DNA of 64,000 nucleotides from Escherichia coli (GTDB lineage Bacteria; Pseudomonadota; Gammaproteobacteria; Enterobacterales; Enterobacteriaceae): NCBI RefSeq assembly GCF_003790525.1, contig NZ_CP033635.1; one strand, 5' to 3'. Shown piece by piece: positions 61,201 to 64,000 of this stretch (position 1 is its first letter; each line of letters starts with the position of its first letter). The notes under the pieces were generated by a model. It saw only the letters and a program-made list of their open reading frames with translations, ran no database searches and was not told where the DNA came from. The position numbers and the translations under genes were made by a program.

Positions 61201-62178
61201 TTACCCCAATAAATTCCTCACCGTCTGGCTGGAAATTCGCGCCTGACCGTTCACAGCCTGCAATAAAACCTGATAGTTATGATTGGCGCTATCAAGCACG
61301 CCGCCGAGGTTTTCCGACGCCTGCACCGCGTTTTCCGTTTGCGGGAAGCGGGACATGCCGTCGATCAATTGGCGGGCTTTTTCCTGCTGCACCGCCATCT
61401 GCGCGCGCTGCTGATTAATGTTTTCCAGCATTTGAGAAATCCCCGCCCCGCCCTGTTGCAGGCTTTGCGCTAAGCGGTCCGCCTGTGACGGCTCGGCAAA
61501 GGTTTTCAGCGGCATAAATGCTGATTTATCGCCATCGGTGCGCACGCTTAAGCTGCGCTCGATGTCAGGCCACTGTTTTTCAGTGGTGGAGAAACTGATG
61601 CCATCCGCTTGCTGATGTACCTGCACGCCCACGCGGCGCAGAGCGTTGGTCAGCCGCGTCTGGTACTGCGCGGCGTTGTCATCCTCAGACAGCATCACCG
61701 CCGAAAGCTGAGTCTGCCGCCCGTCAGAGACGCTGAACATGCGCGTTCCCGGCGTGGGATTGTGTACCAGATTCGTCAGATCCGGCGAGTGAAAAGTCAC
61801 CCGCGCTTCCCCCTGCAACACTGGCTGCAACTGGCGGTCCACCGCGCCGCCGGAAAGCGCGGTGCGTTTGTCCAGCATCTGCATCAGCGCTGAACTCTGC
61901 GCCTGCCCGCCCTTACGCTGGCTGTGACGGTAATCGAGCAACTGCTGTTCCAGTTGCCCGAGATAGTGATCCGCCTGCTGCAACGTGGTGAGCTGATCGT
62001 TAAGCTGCACACTGTAACGCTGCGGGCGAGTGGTAATCAGCGGCGAGGCCGGATATTCACTCGCCGTCGCCGGGAGTTTTTGCCGCACCGCCTGAGTGGG
62101 CGCAACGGTTGACGACGATACCGCAGCGCTATGCGCGCCGCCGGTGGCGAGTGATGAAGATGTAAGTCCGACCTGCAT
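61201..62178 (-). CDS. lafW: Flag-2 protein, LafW-like (putative hook-associated)
   Basis: ORF track; assigned by position. Confidence 0.5.
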   Translation of the reverse strand: MQVGLTSSSLATGGAHSAAVSSSTVAPTQAVRQKLPATASEYPASPLITTRPQRYSVQLNDQLTTLQQADHYLGQLEQQLLDYRHSQRKGGQAQSSALMQMLDKRTALSGGAVDRQLQPVLQGEARVTFHSPDLTNLVHNPTPGTRMFSVSDGRQTQLSAVMLSEDDNAAQYQTRLTNALRRVGVQVHQQADGISFSTTEKQWPDIERSLSVRTDGDKSAFMPLKTFAEPSQADRLAQSLQQGGAGISQMLENINQQRAQMAVQQEKARQLIDGMSRFPQTENAVQASENLGGVLDSANHNYQVLLQAVNGQARISSQTVRNLLG

Positions 62179-62194
62179 ACGGTTCCTGAAAGAG

Positions 62195-63124
62195 TTAGAG
62201 AACGCTGAATAAATTCAACTCACTCACTTTCGAGTAAGTCTTGAGGGTAGCTTCCATTGCCACTTCCAGTCCGGTAAAGGTGATCGACGCCGGGCCGTAA
62301 TCGAGATCCTGTAAAGAACCAATCAACTCATCATTAGAGGTAGAAATATCGGTCTGCGCATCGCTCAGCATCGACATGGTGTTCTGCGTCTCGCCAAGCG
62401 ACGCAATCGAGGCGTTGAGATCGTCCGAAGCGGTATCCACCACATCAACGGCGTTCTGAAGATCGCTCTGCACCTGCGGATCTGCCGGATCGACGTCCGG
62501 GTTTTGCAGCTCCTGCGACAGGGAATTAAGGGTGTTGAGCACGTCTAAATTACTGCCGAAGAAATCGCTCGCCGCCACGTTGGTGTCCACTTCCACGCCG
62601 TTCGACACGGTGGTCTGGCGGTGATCGCTGTTGCCCTGGTAGCTGTAGCTGTCGGTCACGCCGTCGCCGTCATCGTCCACCGCCACAATCGGCGGCTGAT
62701 CGTTGATGGTACCGCCAAACACGTAATGCCCGTCTTCGTCCTGATAATTGAGCGCCGCCACCATCGATTCGGTGAGCGACTGAATATCCTGCCCGAGGCT
62801 TGCGAGCGAATCAGCGGTATTGGTGCCGTTCGCCGCTTCCAGCAGGTCGTCGCGCACCGCCAGCAGGCTGTTGTTGACGCCATCGAGAATCGACTCCTGC
62901 TGGCTTAACCCCGCCGACGCAGAGTCAATATTGCTTTGATACTGCTCAATCGCCGACTGCTGGCGGTTCAACTGGGTGATACGCGTGGCGGCGATCGGGT
63001 CATCCGACGGCTGCAAAATTTCCTTGCCGGTTGCCATCTGCTCGACCACATGCGCCAGAGAGCCGGAGAGATTATTAAAACTTTGCGTCATCGAGACGTA
63101 GGTTTGTTGGGTGGTTACTCGCAT
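62195..63124 (-). CDS. lfgL: FlgL-like hook-filament junction protein (LfgL)
   Basis: ORF 62195..63148 trimmed to MRVTTQQTYVSMTQ…. Confidence 0.75.
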   Translation of the reverse strand: MRVTTQQTYVSMTQSFNNLSGSLAHVVEQMATGKEILQPSDDPIAATRITQLNRQQSAIEQYQSNIDSASAGLSQQESILDGVNNSLLAVRDDLLEAANGTNTADSLASLGQDIQSLTESMVAALNYQDEDGHYVFGGTINDQPPIVAVDDDGDGVTDSYSYQGNSDHRQTTVSNGVEVDTNVAASDFFGSNLDVLNTLNSLSQELQNPDVDPADPQVQSDLQNAVDVVDTASDDLNASIASLGETQNTMSMLSDAQTDISTSNDELIGSLQDLDYGPASITFTGLEVAMEATLKTYSKVSELNLFSVL

Positions 63125-63138
63125 TTTCGCGCTCCCGC

Positions 63139-64000
63139 TTAGCTGCACATTTCCAGCACCGAATCGAAAATCTCGGCCCCGGCGGAAATGACTTTCAGAT
63201 TAGCTTCATAAATTTGTTGATAGGTGATCAGGTTCACCGCTTCTTCGTCCATGCTGACGCCGCTGACGCTGCTCTGCTGGTTTTGCGCCTCAGAATAAAC
63301 ATTGGACGCGGCATCGACTTCCGTCTGGTTTTGCTGGCTGTAAATGCCGATGTTGCTGATGATCGACGAGCACGCCTGCCCGACCGTCACGCTGCCAAGG
63401 TTGGCTATCTCCAGCGGTTCGGTGGAGATGTTGATCAGCGCCTGAAGGTTGTCGCTGTTACCGCTTTCATCCGGCGAACTGGAGAACGCCAGCTCATCGG
63501 CGGTGATATCCGGGTTAACGGTCAGCGGGCCATCGGCGTTGCTGGCGTCATAAATAAACAGCGGCTCGCCGGGGTTACCGTTGAGATCGTAGCCCTGCGC
63601 CAGCTGGTTGTTGACCGCATCGGCAAACTGCAACGCCATGCTGTTGATGGTGTCGGTCAGCGGCGTCAGCACGTCGTTTTGATAATCAAACAGTGCGCCT
63701 AATGAACCGCCGGTGTCGGTAGTCATCGTCGAGGTGGTGCCAGCGAAAGTCAGCGACATGGTCGGCGTGCCATCGGCGTTGGTTTCCAGCGCGATGGTCG
63801 AGCTTTGCTGCCCGCTCACCAGCGGTTGACCGTTTTTCAGGGTGACGTTGTAGTTGCCCTGGTCGTCGATATTGACCTGCACATCCATCATCCCGCTCAG
63901 TTCTTCCACCATCTGATCGCGGGCGTCGTACAGCGCGGAGGCGTTATCGCCGTTGGCTTCGGCCTGGGCGATTTGCTGGTTATAGCTGGCGATGCCGCTG
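63139..64000 (-). CDS. lfgK: FlgK-like hook-associated protein 1 (LfgK); 5' part lies beyond the window
   Basis: ORF 63139..63912 continues open to the window edge; C-terminal …ITYQQIYEANLKVISAG…. Confidence 0.75.
   Translation of the reverse strand, partial: SGIASYNQQIAQAEANGDNASALYDARDQMVEELSGMMDVQVNIDDQGNYNVTLKNGQPLVSGQQSSTIALETNADGTPTMSLTFAGTTSTMTTDTGGSLGALFDYQNDVLTPLTDTINSMALQFADAVNNQLAQGYDLNGNPGEPLFIYDASNADGPLTVNPDITADELAFSSSPDESGNSDNLQALINISTEPLEIANLGSVTVGQACSSIISNIGIYSQQNQTEVDAASNVYSEAQNQQSSVSGVSMDEEAVNLITYQQIYEANLKVISAGAEIFDSVLEMCS

Noticed and set aside
61146..61418. 90-aa plus-strand ORF after lafZ
   Set aside because: Begins inside a REP element and overlaps the 3' end of the lafW-like gene
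63214..63702. 162-aa plus-strand ORF antisense to lfgK
   Set aside because: Same reasoning: contained within a supported flagellar gene

Overview
This window reads as an Escherichia coli chromosomal segment, in reverse-complement orientation relative to the K-12 map. All gene identities are from my own reading of the ORF translations and raw sequence; no database search was run. Order, left to right: rclR-rclABC, an aldo-keto reductase, a ykgA-like AraC regulator, a full-length fdeC/eaeH adhesin, a redox/detox cluster (two AKRs, two LysR regulators, a hydrolase, an Old Yellow Enzyme), ykgR-ykgM-ykgO behind a Zur box, the ecpRABCDE pilus operon, ykgJ, yagU, then a ~12 kb island integrated at tRNA-Thr (thrW). 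Beyond thrW come proAB, phoE, crl, frsA, gpt, pepD, an intact rtcB-like/prfH pair, yafPON-dinB with its LexA box, and the distal end of a Flag-2 lateral-flagella cluster (lafU to lfgK, running off the window). The island is bounded by a 15-bp direct repeat of the tRNA 3' end and carries a P4-type integrase, a cbtA/cbeA toxin-antitoxin + radC + anti-restriction module, an intact IS911-like element, and the most interesting feature: an AT-rich, translationally coupled three-gene operon (32551-37432). That operon encodes a 1091-aa protein with a C-terminal histidine-kinase-like ATPase region, a stand-alone receiver, and a receiver fused to a membrane-anchored serine-hydrolase-like domain. The architecture resembles the Detocs defensive two-component systems but with a different effector, so I treat it as a candidate phage-defence or stress-effector system. 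A convergent 321-aa orphan protein sits next to it. No CRISPR array or rRNA was seen.
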